From: Mycobacteriales bacterium
GTDB lineage: Bacteria; Actinomycetota; Actinomycetes; Mycobacteriales; QHCA01
DNA: 64,000 nt
Reading direction: 5' to 3'
Assembly: GCA_038276285.1 (NCBI GenBank)
Contig: JBBPZR010000002.1
Span: 87,454-151,453 of the forward strand
The position numbers and the translations under genes were made by a program. How positions within the stretch are numbered: position 1 is the first letter of the stretch; each line of letters begins with the position of its first letter. Shown here piece by piece: positions 10,513 to 18,810 of the stretch. The notes beneath the pieces were generated by a model. That model saw only the letters and a list, made by a program, of their open reading frames with translations. It was not told the DNA's origin and made no database searches.

Positions 10513-12008
10513 ACCGTCGACTCCTCCTGCTGGTCCGGCTCGGATTCGGGAAGATCCGCAATCGGTGGGACGGCGTCGTCGGCCTCGCGGCGCGCCCGGG
10601 TGGCCGCCTCAGCGGCCGGGGTGCCCGGCCGTCGGCGTTCGACCCAGCCGTCGATGTTGCGCTGCTCGCCGCGCGAGACGGCCATCGCACCGGGCGGCAC
10701 GTCGTTGATGATCACCGTGCCGGCCGCTGTGTAGGCGCCGTCGCCGACGCTGACCGGTGCCACGAACATATTGTCCGCCCCGGTGCGGGCATGTGCGCCG
10801 ATGACACTTCGATGTTTGGCAACTCCGTCGTAATTGACGAAGACGCTGGACGCCCCGATGTTGGTGCCCTCGCCGATGGAGGCATCGCCGACGTAGGTCA
10901 GGTGCGGCACCTTGGCGTCCTCACCGAGGTCGGCGTTCTTCACCTCGACGAAGGTGCCGACCTTGGCACGCGGCCCGATGCGGGCGCCGGGCCGCAGGTA
11001 GGCGTACGGACCGACGGTGGCGTACGCAGCGATCTCGGCGCCCTCGCAGTGCGCCCGAACCACCCGCGCGCCCTCGCCGACGGTGGTGTGCAGGAGGGTG
11101 CAGTCGGGGCCGATCTCTGCGCCGCCGGCCACCCGGGTGCGGCCCAACAGCTGGGTGGAGGGATGAATGACGGCGTCGCGCTCGACGTGGACGCCGACGT
11201 CGGCCCACGTGGTCTCGGGGTCGACGATCGTGACACCGTCGCGCATCCACCGCAGCAGCAGGCGATCTCGCAGCCGGCGTCGCGCCGCGGCCAGTTGCAC
11301 CCGATCGTTGACGCCCTCGGTCTCGCCGGCATCCGGTGCCGTGAACGCCCCGACCGCGTAGCCCTCGCCCACCAGCACACCGATGACGTCGGGCAGATAC
11401 TCCTCGCCCTGCACGTTGTTGGTGCCGATCCGGTCGAGTGCCGTCCGCAGCAACGCGGCTTCGAACGCATAGACGCTGGTGCCGACCTCGGTGACATCGA
11501 GTTCTGCCGGAATGGCGTCACGATGCTCCACCACCCGGGTGACCGCACCGCTGCTGTCTCTGATCACTCGGCCGTAGCCCTCCGGATTGGTCGGCACCGC
11601 GGTCAGTAGCGTGGCGGCATCCTCCTCGCCGACATGGTGCTCGACGAGTGCGGCCAGCAACTCCGTGGTGAGCAGGGGCGCGTCACCCGGCAGGACCAAG
11701 ATGGTGCCGTCGGCGTCCGGAAGTGCTTGCAGGGCAAGGCGTACGGCATGGCCGGTGCCATTCTGCTCGGCCTGCACCACGGCCAACGCGTCCGGTGCTT
11801 CGGTGCGGAGTACGTCGATGACCCGCTCACGGCCGAAGCCGACGACGACGACCGTGCGAGCCGCTTTGAGGGGCTCCGCAGCGGCGAGCACATGCCCGAG
11901 CAGGGTGCGTCCGCAGATCTCGTGGAGGACCTTGGGAGTGCTCGAGCGCATCCGGATGCCCTCGCCAGCGGCGAGGACGACGACCGCTGCGGGGCGGGCG
12001 TCCGACAA
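10509..12008 (-). CDS. glmU: Bifunctional UDP-N-acetylglucosamine pyrophosphorylase / glucosamine-1-phosphate N-acetyltransferase
   Basis: 499 aa with [13 protein letters not shown] (the LAAGxGTRM-type motif) and C-terminal hexapeptide repeats. It overlaps prs by 4 nt. Confidence 0.95.
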   Translation of the reverse strand: MSDARPAAVVVLAAGEGIRMRSSTPKVLHEICGRTLLGHVLAAAEPLKAARTVVVVGFGRERVIDVLRTEAPDALAVVQAEQNGTGHAVRLALQALPDADGTILVLPGDAPLLTTELLAALVEHHVGEEDAATLLTAVPTNPEGYGRVIRDSSGAVTRVVEHRDAIPAELDVTEVGTSVYAFEAALLRTALDRIGTNNVQGEEYLPDVIGVLVGEGYAVGAFTAPDAGETEGVNDRVQLAAARRRLRDRLLLRWMRDGVTIVDPETTWADVGVHVERDAVIHPSTQLLGRTRVAGGAEIGPDCTLLHTTVGEGARVVRAHCEGAEIAAYATVGPYAYLRPGARIGPRAKVGTFVEVKNADLGEDAKVPHLTYVGDASIGEGTNIGASSVFVNYDGVAKHRSVIGAHARTGADNMFVAPVSVGDGAYTAAGTVIINDVPPGAMAVSRGEQRNIDGWVERRRPGTPAAEAATRARREADDAVPPIADLPESEPDQQEESTV

Positions 12009-12122
12009 GGAAGCTCCCCTCAGGCGCGGCGTGCTCTGTCACGACAATAGCGGTGGGGACACCCGCCGCTACCCGAGACGCCGCAATCCAGACCGTCGGA
12101 GGAGTCGAACCGTGCTCTTGAG

Positions 12123-12193
12123 CTCCCAGGGGAGGACTCGGACCCCCACCTCTGACACCAAAAGCCAGCGTGCTGCCGTTACACCACCCGGGA
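12123..12193 (-). tRNA. tRNA-Gln (anticodon UUG) with an unusual T-loop
   Basis: I folded the cloverleaf by hand. The acceptor is TCCCGGG/CCTGGGA (U1-A72, one G-U pair). The D arm is GTGT-AACGGCA-GCAC. The anticodon arm is CTGGC-TTTTGGT-GTCAG. The T arm is GGGGG-TCCGAGT-CCTCC. The T-loop has C where U55 is nearly invariant. No CCA is encoded. Confidence 0.7.
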
Positions 12194-12227
12194 CCACAGT
12201 CATTGGGCCGACTGTGACTTGAGGAGT

Positions 12228-12641
12228 CTAGACCGGACGCCTGAGCCGGGCACCGCGCACAACGCCCTGCCACGCACCCGCCGTGCGTTGATACAGCATC
12301 CGCGATTGCAGGACCCTCACGGTGAGGCATCCGTGATAGTCGTCCGACATCCACTGCCGGTTGGTCCGAGGATTGTGGCGCTTGATCGTCGTCTTCATGA
12401 AGGTGCCCTGGTGCCCAACGACACCGTGCCAGAACGCTTCGGCGTCAGCCACGTCAGCAGTCTCGTGGATCGCGACGTGGAATCGCAGGGAGCCGCGAGG
12501 CACCCGCAGTCCCTCGAGCCATCGGAGGTAATCCGTGATCTCGGTGGGGTCGCTGTTGGCGAAGGTGAGCTTCTCGGCCCGGCGATAGGGCTTGTCCTTG
12601 GTGCCCTCGGCCCAATACAGCGCGGCGCCGATCAGGGAGAA
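12228..12641 (-). pseudogene. Possible 5'-truncated LAGLIDADG-like endonuclease-family ORF
   Basis: The frame is open from just after a TAG at 12642-12644 and reads LWFSLIGAALYWAEGTKDKPYRRAEKLTFANSDPTEITDYLRWLEGL... The track calls only the last 91 aa, from a GTG at 12503. The YWAEGTK motif resembles LAGLIDADG-type motifs. No Met precedes it, and the inverted-repeat element abuts the 5' side. Confidence 0.35.
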
Positions 12642-12652
12642 CCATAACTATC

Positions 12653-12730
12653 GCCGACGATCAAGGAGTTGACGTCGACACAATCGGACAAACGGGTACG
12701 AAATTCGACGCAAACTCCTTGATCGTCGGC
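12653..12730. repeat. Inverted-repeat element, copy A (18-bp perfect arms, 42-nt spacer)
   Basis: The arms are GCCGACGATCAAGGAGTT (12653-12670) and AACTCCTTGATCGTCGGC (12713-12730). The arms and parts of the spacer match copy B at 31344-31409. Confidence 0.8.
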
Positions 12731-12784
12731 AATAGGAGGGTCTGGGCACGGACGTCGCGCACGTCACGGCCCTTTCGCCTGGCT

Positions 12785-12817
12785 GGTTACGGTTGCGTAG
12801 GTTACGCTTGCGTAACC
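12785..12817. promoter_or_regulatory. Operator-like repeat and palindrome upstream of the desaturase gene
   Basis: GGTTACGGTTGCGTA is followed by GGTTACGCTTGCGTAACC. The second unit is an 8+8 palindrome (GGTTACGC TT GCGTAACC). It lies about 55 bp upstream of the desaturase start, and a TetR gene is co-oriented downstream. Confidence 0.45.
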
Positions 12818-12823
12818 AGGCAT

Positions 12824-12857
12824 CACGACCGCCAGAGATCCACGACCGCCAGAGATC
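12824..12857. repeat. Perfect 17-bp tandem duplication in the desaturase 5' leader
   Basis: CACGACCGCCAGAGATC occurs twice back to back (12824-12840 and 12841-12857). The second copy ends 12 nt before the ATG at 12870. Confidence 0.85.
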
Positions 12858-12869
12858 GAGGACGAATCC

Positions 12870-13841
12870 ATGACCGCACCCGCGAACACCGCGCTGCTGG
12901 ACTCACCGCCGCCGGCCAAGGTCGGCAAGAAGCCGCTCACCGATGAGGTCAAGTCGGGCTGGGAGCAGATCGCGCTGTACGCCTTCGTGATCATCCCGTT
13001 CCTGGCCGTCCTCGCCGCCGCGCCGGTGGCCTGGGGATGGGGGCTCGGCTGGCACGACGTCGTGATCACCCTCGCGTTCTATATCGTCTCGGGCCTGGGT
13101 ATCACCGTCGGCTTCCACCGCTACTTCACGCACGGCTCCTTCAAGGCCAAGCGCGGACTGCGCATCGCCCTGGCGCTGGCCGGCACGATGGCCATCGAGG
13201 GGCCGGTGATCCGCTGGGTGGCCGACCACCGAAGGCACCACGCCTTCAGTGACAAGGAGGGCGACCCGCACTCGCCCTGGCGCTACGGCACCAGCATCCG
13301 CGCGCTGGCCAAGGGCTTCTGCTACGCCCACCTCGGCTGGCTCTTCGACATCGAGCAGACCAACCAGGAGCGCTTCGCGCCGGACCTGCTCGCCGACAAG
13401 GACCTCCAGAAGATCGACCGGGCGTTCCCGTGGATCGTGGCGTTCAGCCTGCTCGGACCGGCCGTCGTCGGAGGCGTGTGGTCGATGTCGTGGACAGGTG
13501 CCCTCACCGCGTACTTCTGGGCCAGCCTCGTGCGGATCGCGGTTCTGCACCACGTCACCTGGTCGATCAATTCTGTCTGCCACACCATCGGCGAGCGGCC
13601 CTTCGTAGCCAGGGATCAGTCGCGTAACTTCTGGCCGCTGGCGATCATCAGCTTCGGTGAGTCCTGGCACAATCTGCACCATGCCGACCCCACGTCCGCA
13701 CGCCACGGCGTCCTGCCCGGACAACTCGACCCCTCGGCGCGGGTGATCCGATGGTTCGAGCAGGCCGGCTGGGCATCAGAAGCACGCTGGCCGTCGCGCG
13801 AGCGGATCGAGAGCAAGCTTGTGGCCAGCGACAGTCGGTGA
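12870..13841 (+). CDS. Membrane acyl-CoA/acyl-lipid fatty acid desaturase (DesA3-like)
   Basis: 323 aa with three His boxes (HRYFTH, HRRHH, HNLHH) and TM segments. Confidence 0.92.
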   Translation: MTAPANTALLDSPPPAKVGKKPLTDEVKSGWEQIALYAFVIIPFLAVLAAAPVAWGWGLGWHDVVITLAFYIVSGLGITVGFHRYFTHGSFKAKRGLRIALALAGTMAIEGPVIRWVADHRRHHAFSDKEGDPHSPWRYGTSIRALAKGFCYAHLGWLFDIEQTNQERFAPDLLADKDLQKIDRAFPWIVAFSLLGPAVVGGVWSMSWTGALTAYFWASLVRIAVLHHVTWSINSVCHTIGERPFVARDQSRNFWPLAIISFGESWHNLHHADPTSARHGVLPGQLDPSARVIRWFEQAGWASEARWPSRERIESKLVASDSR

Positions 13842-13893
13842 CCTCATCGCCGGGGTAGCCGAGCCCCAACGCAACATCTCAGCGCGCGTGCGG

Positions 13894-14496
13894 ATGACCG
13901 GCAAGGAGCGCCGCGAGCAGTTGCTCGACGTCGGCCGCACCCTCTTTGCCGAGCGCGGCTTCGAGGCCACCTCCATCGAGGAGGTCGCCACCCGCGCCAG
14001 TGTGTCCAAGCCCGTTGTGTACGAGCATTTCGGTGGCAAAGAGGGTCTCTACGCGGTGGTCGTCGACCGCGAGATGCGGACCCTGCTCGAGCGGGTCACC
14101 GGCGCGCTGACCGGCGGTCATCCCCGCGAGCTGCTCGAGCAGGCGGCGCTCGCCCTGCTGACGTACGTCGAAGAGCAGACCGACGGGTTCCGCATCCTGG
14201 TCCGCGACTCTCCGGTCGCCAGCGCCGGTGGCAACTTCTCCAGCCTGATCAACGACATCGCCAGCCAGGTGGAGTACGTGCTCGCGGGCGAGTTCAAGGC
14301 GCGGGGGTTCGAGACCAAGCTCGCCGGCCTGTACTCGCAAGCGCTGGTCGGCATGGTCGCGCTGACCGGTCAGTGGTGGCTCGAGGCCCGCAAGCCCAAG
14401 CGTGACGAAGTAGCCGCCCATCTGGTGAATCTGGCCTGGAACGGCCTGTCGCACCTCGATCCCAAGCCCAGGCTCGGCGTCACTCATCAGCGCTGA
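13894..14496 (+). CDS. TetR family transcriptional regulator
   Basis: I trimmed the ORF to the MTGKERREQLLDVGRTLFAERGFEATSIEEVATRASVSKPVVYEHF HTH. The longer track start at 13819 overlaps the desaturase 3' end. Confidence 0.88.
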   Translation: MTGKERREQLLDVGRTLFAERGFEATSIEEVATRASVSKPVVYEHFGGKEGLYAVVVDREMRTLLERVTGALTGGHPRELLEQAALALLTYVEEQTDGFRILVRDSPVASAGGNFSSLINDIASQVEYVLAGEFKARGFETKLAGLYSQALVGMVALTGQWWLEARKPKRDEVAAHLVNLAWNGLSHLDPKPRLGVTHQR

Positions 14497-14516
14497 GCTG
14501 GCCGGGCGCGGTGGGG

Positions 14517-14993
14517 TCAGTCGCGGCTACCCAGCGGCCGGTCAGTAGGGCGGCCAGGGGTGGAGCGCGCACCGCGGGGGTCGCCGCCGGTCACCCGCCC
14601 GTAGAGCCCGCAGCTCAGCAGCACCAGACCGACCGCGAAACTGAAGATGATGTTGCTCATCTGAAACGCCAGGAAGTTCGCGTCGCTCCGGATCAGCGCA
14701 AGATTCAGCAGGCCGGATACCAGCAGTACGCAACCGACCGCGGTGTTGAGAGAGGCCGCGACGTTGCCGCCGAGCACGGCGCCGCCGAGCAGCACCAGCC
14801 CGAAGATGACCGAGATGAGGCTGAGCATGCCATTGGTGTGCAGGCCAAGGACCACGTGCCCCTGCGTACTGAAGAACTTGCCGCCGCTCAGGAAGCCCAG
14901 AACTCCGAACACAAGAAGGAAGATGCCCGAGATGGCGCCGCCGACGCGGTAGACGACACCGATCGGGCTGTCCAGCGGCAGGTGCTCTTCCAT
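14517..14993 (-). CDS. Small polytopic membrane protein (DUF4383-like)
   Basis: 158 aa with four hydrophobic helices rich in G/L/V. The family name is from memory. Confidence 0.7.
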   Translation of the reverse strand: MEEHLPLDSPIGVVYRVGGAISGIFLLVFGVLGFLSGGKFFSTQGHVVLGLHTNGMLSLISVIFGLVLLGGAVLGGNVAASLNTAVGCVLLVSGLLNLALIRSDANFLAFQMSNIIFSFAVGLVLLSCGLYGRVTGGDPRGARSTPGRPTDRPLGSRD

Positions 14994-15026
14994 CCGGCGA
15001 AACTACCGGATGCGCGGTGTGCAAGG

Positions 15027-16757
15027 TCAGTCGGCCGCGTCTAGCCACGCCTCCTCGGCCGCCAGCCGTTCGGCAGCAAGCCGCCGTAACTCCTCGTCCA
15101 GGCTCGACACCGCCGCGAAGTCGGCCGCCAGCTGCGCCATCTTCTCGTGCAGCGCCGCCTCCCGGGCGCTCAGCCGGGTGACCAGGCGTTCGAGCCTGGC
15201 CAGCTCCTTGCGGTCGGAGCGGGAGTCGCCCTTGCGCTCCCGCGCCGGTGCCCGCTGGCTGGCCGGCGCCGCGGCTCGGCGCTCGAGATACTCCTCCACC
15301 CCGCCGGGCAGCTCCGACACCTGACCGTCGCCCAGCAGGGCGACCACGGTGTCGCAGACGCGCTCCACGAGGTAGCGGTCGTGACTCACCACGATCACCG
15401 TGCCCGGCCACGAGTCGAGCAGGTCCTCGAGTGCGGTCAACGTGTCGATGTCGAGGTCGTTGGTGGGCTCGTCGAGCAGGAGGACGTTGGGCTCGGCCAT
15501 GAGCAGTCGCAATAGCTGGAGCCGGCGGCGCTCACCGCCCGACAGGTCGGCCACCGGTGTCCACTGCCGGGTCGAGCCGAAGCCGAACTGCTCCAGCAAC
15601 TGTGAGGCCGACAGCTGCGTGCCACCAACTGTCGCGTAGCGGGCCACCTCCTCGACCGCTTCGAGCACGCGCAACCCGGCCGCAAGCTCGGCCACCAACT
15701 GCGAGAGATACGCCGGTCGTACCGTCCGGCCGGTCTTCACGACGCCGGTCTCGGGCGCCAACTCACCCAGCAACAGCCGGAGCAGTGTGGTCTTGCCCGA
15801 GCCGTTGACCCCCACGACGCCGACCCGCTCCCCGGGGCCGACCCGCCAGGTCGCCCGCCGGAGCAGGGCCCGATCACCGACGTGGAAGGTCACGTCCTCG
15901 ACGTCGTAGACACTCTTGCCGAGCCGCGAAGTCGCCAGCGCCCGCAGCGACACGGCATCGCGGGGCGCCGGCTCGCCGTCGATGAGCGCCATGGCGGCGT
16001 CGATACGGAAGCGCGGCTTCGAGGTGCGCGCCGGCGGGCCGCGACGCAGCCAGGCCAGCTCCTTGCGCAGCAGATTCGCGCGGCGGGCCTCGGTCGCCTC
16101 CGCCACCCGGACCCGCTCAGCCCGGGCCAGGACGTACGCGGAGTAGCCGCCGTCGTAGGCATGCACCCCCCCGTCAGCGACCTCCCAGGTGCTGGTGGAT
16201 ACGGCGTCGAGGACCCAACGGTCGTGGGTGACCAGGACCAGGCCACCGCTGCGTGCGGCCAGATGACCGGCCAGCCATCCGACGCCGTCGATGTCGAGAT
16301 GGTTGGTCGGCTCGTCCAGGATCAGCAGGTCGGTCCCGCGTACCAGCAACGCCGCCAGCGCCACCCGCCGGCGCTCGCCTCCGGACAGTCGCCCGACCGC
16401 GGCGTCGAGCCCGACCTCGTGCAGGCCGAGCCCGTCGAGAACCTCCCGCACGCCCGAATCCGAAGCCCACTCGTGCTCGGCATCGAAGCTCGGCCCCAGT
16501 ACGACGCTGCGCACGGTGCCCTCGGGCAGGTGCCCGTGCTGGCCGAGGAACCCGACCCGCAGCCCCGTGTTGGAGGTGACGCGACCGGTGTCGGGGTCGC
16601 GGCGCCCGGCCAGGATCTCCAGGAGGGTGGTCTTGCCGGCGCCGTTGGCCCCGACGACCCCGATCCGATCGGTGTCCGCGACGCCGAGTGAGACCTGGTC
16701 GAGCAGTACGACACCGGCGTAGGCCCTGGCGACCCGGGAGAGGTTGACGAGATTCAT
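15027..16757 (-). CDS. ABC-F family ATPase (two ABC domains, no TM domain)
   Basis: I trimmed the start to MNLVNLSRVARAY. There are two Walker A motifs (GANGAGKTT, GVNGSGKTT) and two LSGGE signatures. A C-terminal coiled-coil tail is present. The 70 codons upstream in the track ORF overlap the ispE end. Confidence 0.9.
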   Translation of the reverse strand: MNLVNLSRVARAYAGVVLLDQVSLGVADTDRIGVVGANGAGKTTLLEILAGRRDPDTGRVTSNTGLRVGFLGQHGHLPEGTVRSVVLGPSFDAEHEWASDSGVREVLDGLGLHEVGLDAAVGRLSGGERRRVALAALLVRGTDLLILDEPTNHLDIDGVGWLAGHLAARSGGLVLVTHDRWVLDAVSTSTWEVADGGVHAYDGGYSAYVLARAERVRVAEATEARRANLLRKELAWLRRGPPARTSKPRFRIDAAMALIDGEPAPRDAVSLRALATSRLGKSVYDVEDVTFHVGDRALLRRATWRVGPGERVGVVGVNGSGKTTLLRLLLGELAPETGVVKTGRTVRPAYLSQLVAELAAGLRVLEAVEEVARYATVGGTQLSASQLLEQFGFGSTRQWTPVADLSGGERRRLQLLRLLMAEPNVLLLDEPTNDLDIDTLTALEDLLDSWPGTVIVVSHDRYLVERVCDTVVALLGDGQVSELPGGVEEYLERRAAAPASQRAPARERKGDSRSDRKELARLERLVTRLSAREAALHEKMAQLAADFAAVSSLDEELRRLAAERLAAEEAWLDAAD

Positions 16758-16767
16758 CGGCGGCCGG

Positions 16768-17769
16768 TCAGTGCGGCTCGGTCGCTTCGATGAGGCGCGC
16801 ACCGGTAGCGGGTCCGAATACGGTGCGTACGGTGCGGCATACCCCGGCGCCGGCCAGCGCCGCCGCCAGCCGTACGGCATCGTCGGCCGACCCGGCCAGG
16901 AACGCGCAGGTGGGGCCCGAGCCGCTGACGACCGCACCGACCGCGCCAAGCTCGGTCCCGGCGGCAAGCGTGCGCGCGAGTTCGGGCCGCAGCAAGAGCG
17001 CCGCCTCCTGCAGGTCGTTACCGAGGGCCGGGCCGAGCCGGTCGGGTTGGCCGGAGCGCAGGGCGTTTATCACCGGGTCGGCCGGCCCGGTCGCCAGGAC
17101 GACATCGCGCTCGCGGCGGCGGTCGAGCGCCCGATAGACGTCGCCGGCGCGCAGGCCACCCTCGGCAAGGGCGAGCACCCAGTGCCACTGGCCGCCGGCC
17201 AGCACCGGCGAGAGCCGTTCGCCGCGGCCGGTCCCGAGCGCGGTGCCACCGGTGAGCGCGAACGGCACGTCGCTGCCGAGCCCCGCGGCGAGGTCGAACA
17301 GAGCGGCGCGATCCATCCGGGTCTGCCACAGGGCGTCGCATGCCACAAGTGCCGCCGCTGCGTCGGCGCTGCCACCGGCCAGCCCTCCCGCGACCGGGAT
17401 GGCCTTGCGGATATCCAGGTGCACCAAGGGCTGGAGGCCGGCCGCCTCGGCCAGGACAAGGGCGGCCTGTACGGCGAGGTTCGTGTCGTCGAGTGGCACC
17501 TCCGCGGCACCTTCGCCGCGTACGACCACGGACAGGGACTCGCCCGGGGATGCCGTCACCTCGTCGTAGAGCGAGACGGCGTGGAACACCGTGGTGAGGT
17601 CGTGATAGCCGTCGGCGCGGCGGAGGCTGACGGCCAGATGCAGGTTGAGCTTGCCCGGCGCGCGGGCTCGGACCGGTCCGCTGGCGCCCGCCAGCTCTCG
17701 GCGCGGCGCCGGACGGCTCAGAACCTCACCCCGGTCGACTCCCTCGTGCGCGGTTTCTTGGTGCCCCAT
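16768..17769 (-). CDS. ispE: 4-diphosphocytidyl-2-C-methyl-D-erythritol kinase
   Basis: 333 aa of the GHMP kinase family with APGKLNLHLAV and the IPVAGGLAGGSADAAA motif. The exact start is uncertain. Confidence 0.9.
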   Translation of the reverse strand: MGHQETAHEGVDRGEVLSRPAPRRELAGASGPVRARAPGKLNLHLAVSLRRADGYHDLTTVFHAVSLYDEVTASPGESLSVVVRGEGAAEVPLDDTNLAVQAALVLAEAAGLQPLVHLDIRKAIPVAGGLAGGSADAAAALVACDALWQTRMDRAALFDLAAGLGSDVPFALTGGTALGTGRGERLSPVLAGGQWHWVLALAEGGLRAGDVYRALDRRRERDVVLATGPADPVINALRSGQPDRLGPALGNDLQEAALLLRPELARTLAAGTELGAVGAVVSGSGPTCAFLAGSADDAVRLAAALAGAGVCRTVRTVFGPATGARLIEATEPH

Positions 17770-17772
17770 AGG

Positions 17773-18222
17773 CTAGAGCCGCTTGGTGAAGTACCTGCAC
17801 GGCATCCCGCCCAGCTTGCCGCGACCGGTTTCGGTGTAGCCCTCGCCTCGGTACAACTCGATCGCGGCAGCTTGGCGCTCAGTCGTGTCGAGGGTCAGCT
17901 CCAGGAAGCCAAGAGCACGAGCCCGATCCTCAAGAGCGTGTAGGAGCCGGCGGCCGAAGCCCCGGCGCTGCGCGGCCGGGTGAACGCGCATCCGGGTGAT
18001 CGCGGCGATGCGCTCGTCGCGTCGGCGGAGTCCTCCCATCGCGACGATATGGTTGTCGAGCACGCCGACGAGGAACTCGCCGCCATCGGCTAGGTAGACG
18101 GCTGGAATCTCAAGCAGGTCCTCATCCCACGGACCGTTGCCACCGTGTGCGCCGATGTGGTGCAGGGCGAGGTTGGGCAGCTCCCACACGGTCCCGCGAT
18201 CGCCGAGCTCGTAGCGGCGCAT
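17773..18222 (-). CDS. GNAT family N-acetyltransferase
   Basis: I trimmed the start to MRRYELGD. The acetyl-CoA motif is RMRVHPAAQRRGFGRRLL. The upstream part of the track ORF is Pro/Thr/Ser-rich junk that overlaps the repeat region. Confidence 0.85.
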   Translation of the reverse strand: MRRYELGDRGTVWELPNLALHHIGAHGGNGPWDEDLLEIPAVYLADGGEFLVGVLDNHIVAMGGLRRRDERIAAITRMRVHPAAQRRGFGRRLLHALEDRARALGFLELTLDTTERQAAAIELYRGEGYTETGRGKLGGMPCRYFTKRL

Positions 18223-18298
18223 TTGCACGCCGCTCACAGTAGAGGGCCGACCCTCACCCGCCGGGTGCGGCCGGGCCGGAGAGCTCGAAGTCGAGCTG

Positions 18299-18475
18299 GC
18301 GCGGGTTGTAACGGTGGTGGCGTTGGGGTTGACCGGCCGGGTGTATCCAGGCCGGAGGGTAGAAGGTGGATGGGCCCTCGGCTTCGATGCTGACGGTCCA
18401 GCCGTGGCGGTGTATGCCGACGTCGTGGCGCACGCAGCGCGGGACCTGGTGGTGCAGGGCGGTCGGCCCACCGTC
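18299..18475 (-). pseudogene. C-terminal remnant of a DUF222/13E12-type HNH endonuclease
   Basis: The minus frame reads GGPTALHHQVPRCVRHDVGIHRHGWTVSIEAEGPSTFYPPAWIHPAGQPQRHHRYNP. This matches the conserved tail pattern HHxxxHxxGWxV...F.PPxWxD...P..N of actinobacterial HNH endonucleases. The HNH core and N-terminus are absent or frameshifted. Confidence 0.55.
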
Positions 18476-18604
18476 GGACCCAGTGCCGCCAACAGCGGAT
18501 GCGCCGGCCCACGTTCGTGACCTGAAACCAGCCTGCGGGTATGACACAACCAACCGCCCAGGACCCTGGTGGACAAAGAACTTTCATCGATTCCGACCCA
18601 CCAA

Positions 18605-18764
18605 GATCCAGGGAAGATTTGGCCGGTTCCAGCCGGACTAACTCTCCATGGATCATGGAAGGGCGGCAGGCTGGGTTCGCGACCCCCGTCCGGCTGGCAC
18701 CCTCCTTTGATGATCCAGGGAACGCTGGGCCGGTTCCAGCCGGACCAACTCTCCCTGGATCATG
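18605..18764. repeat. Two copies of a 53-bp hairpin-forming repeat
   Basis: Copy 1 (18605-18657) is GATCCAGGGAAGATTTGGCCGGTTCCAGCCGGACTAACTCTCCATGGATCATG. Copy 2 (18712-18764) is GATCCAGGGAACGCTGGGCCGGTTCCAGCCGGACCAACTCTCCCTGGATCATG. Each ends in inverted termini GATCCAGGGA / TCCCTGGATC. Confidence 0.8.
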
Positions 18765-18810
18765 CTTCGCCGCAGACTTCAGGTGCCAGCCGCACGACAC
18801 CGAGCCGGCA

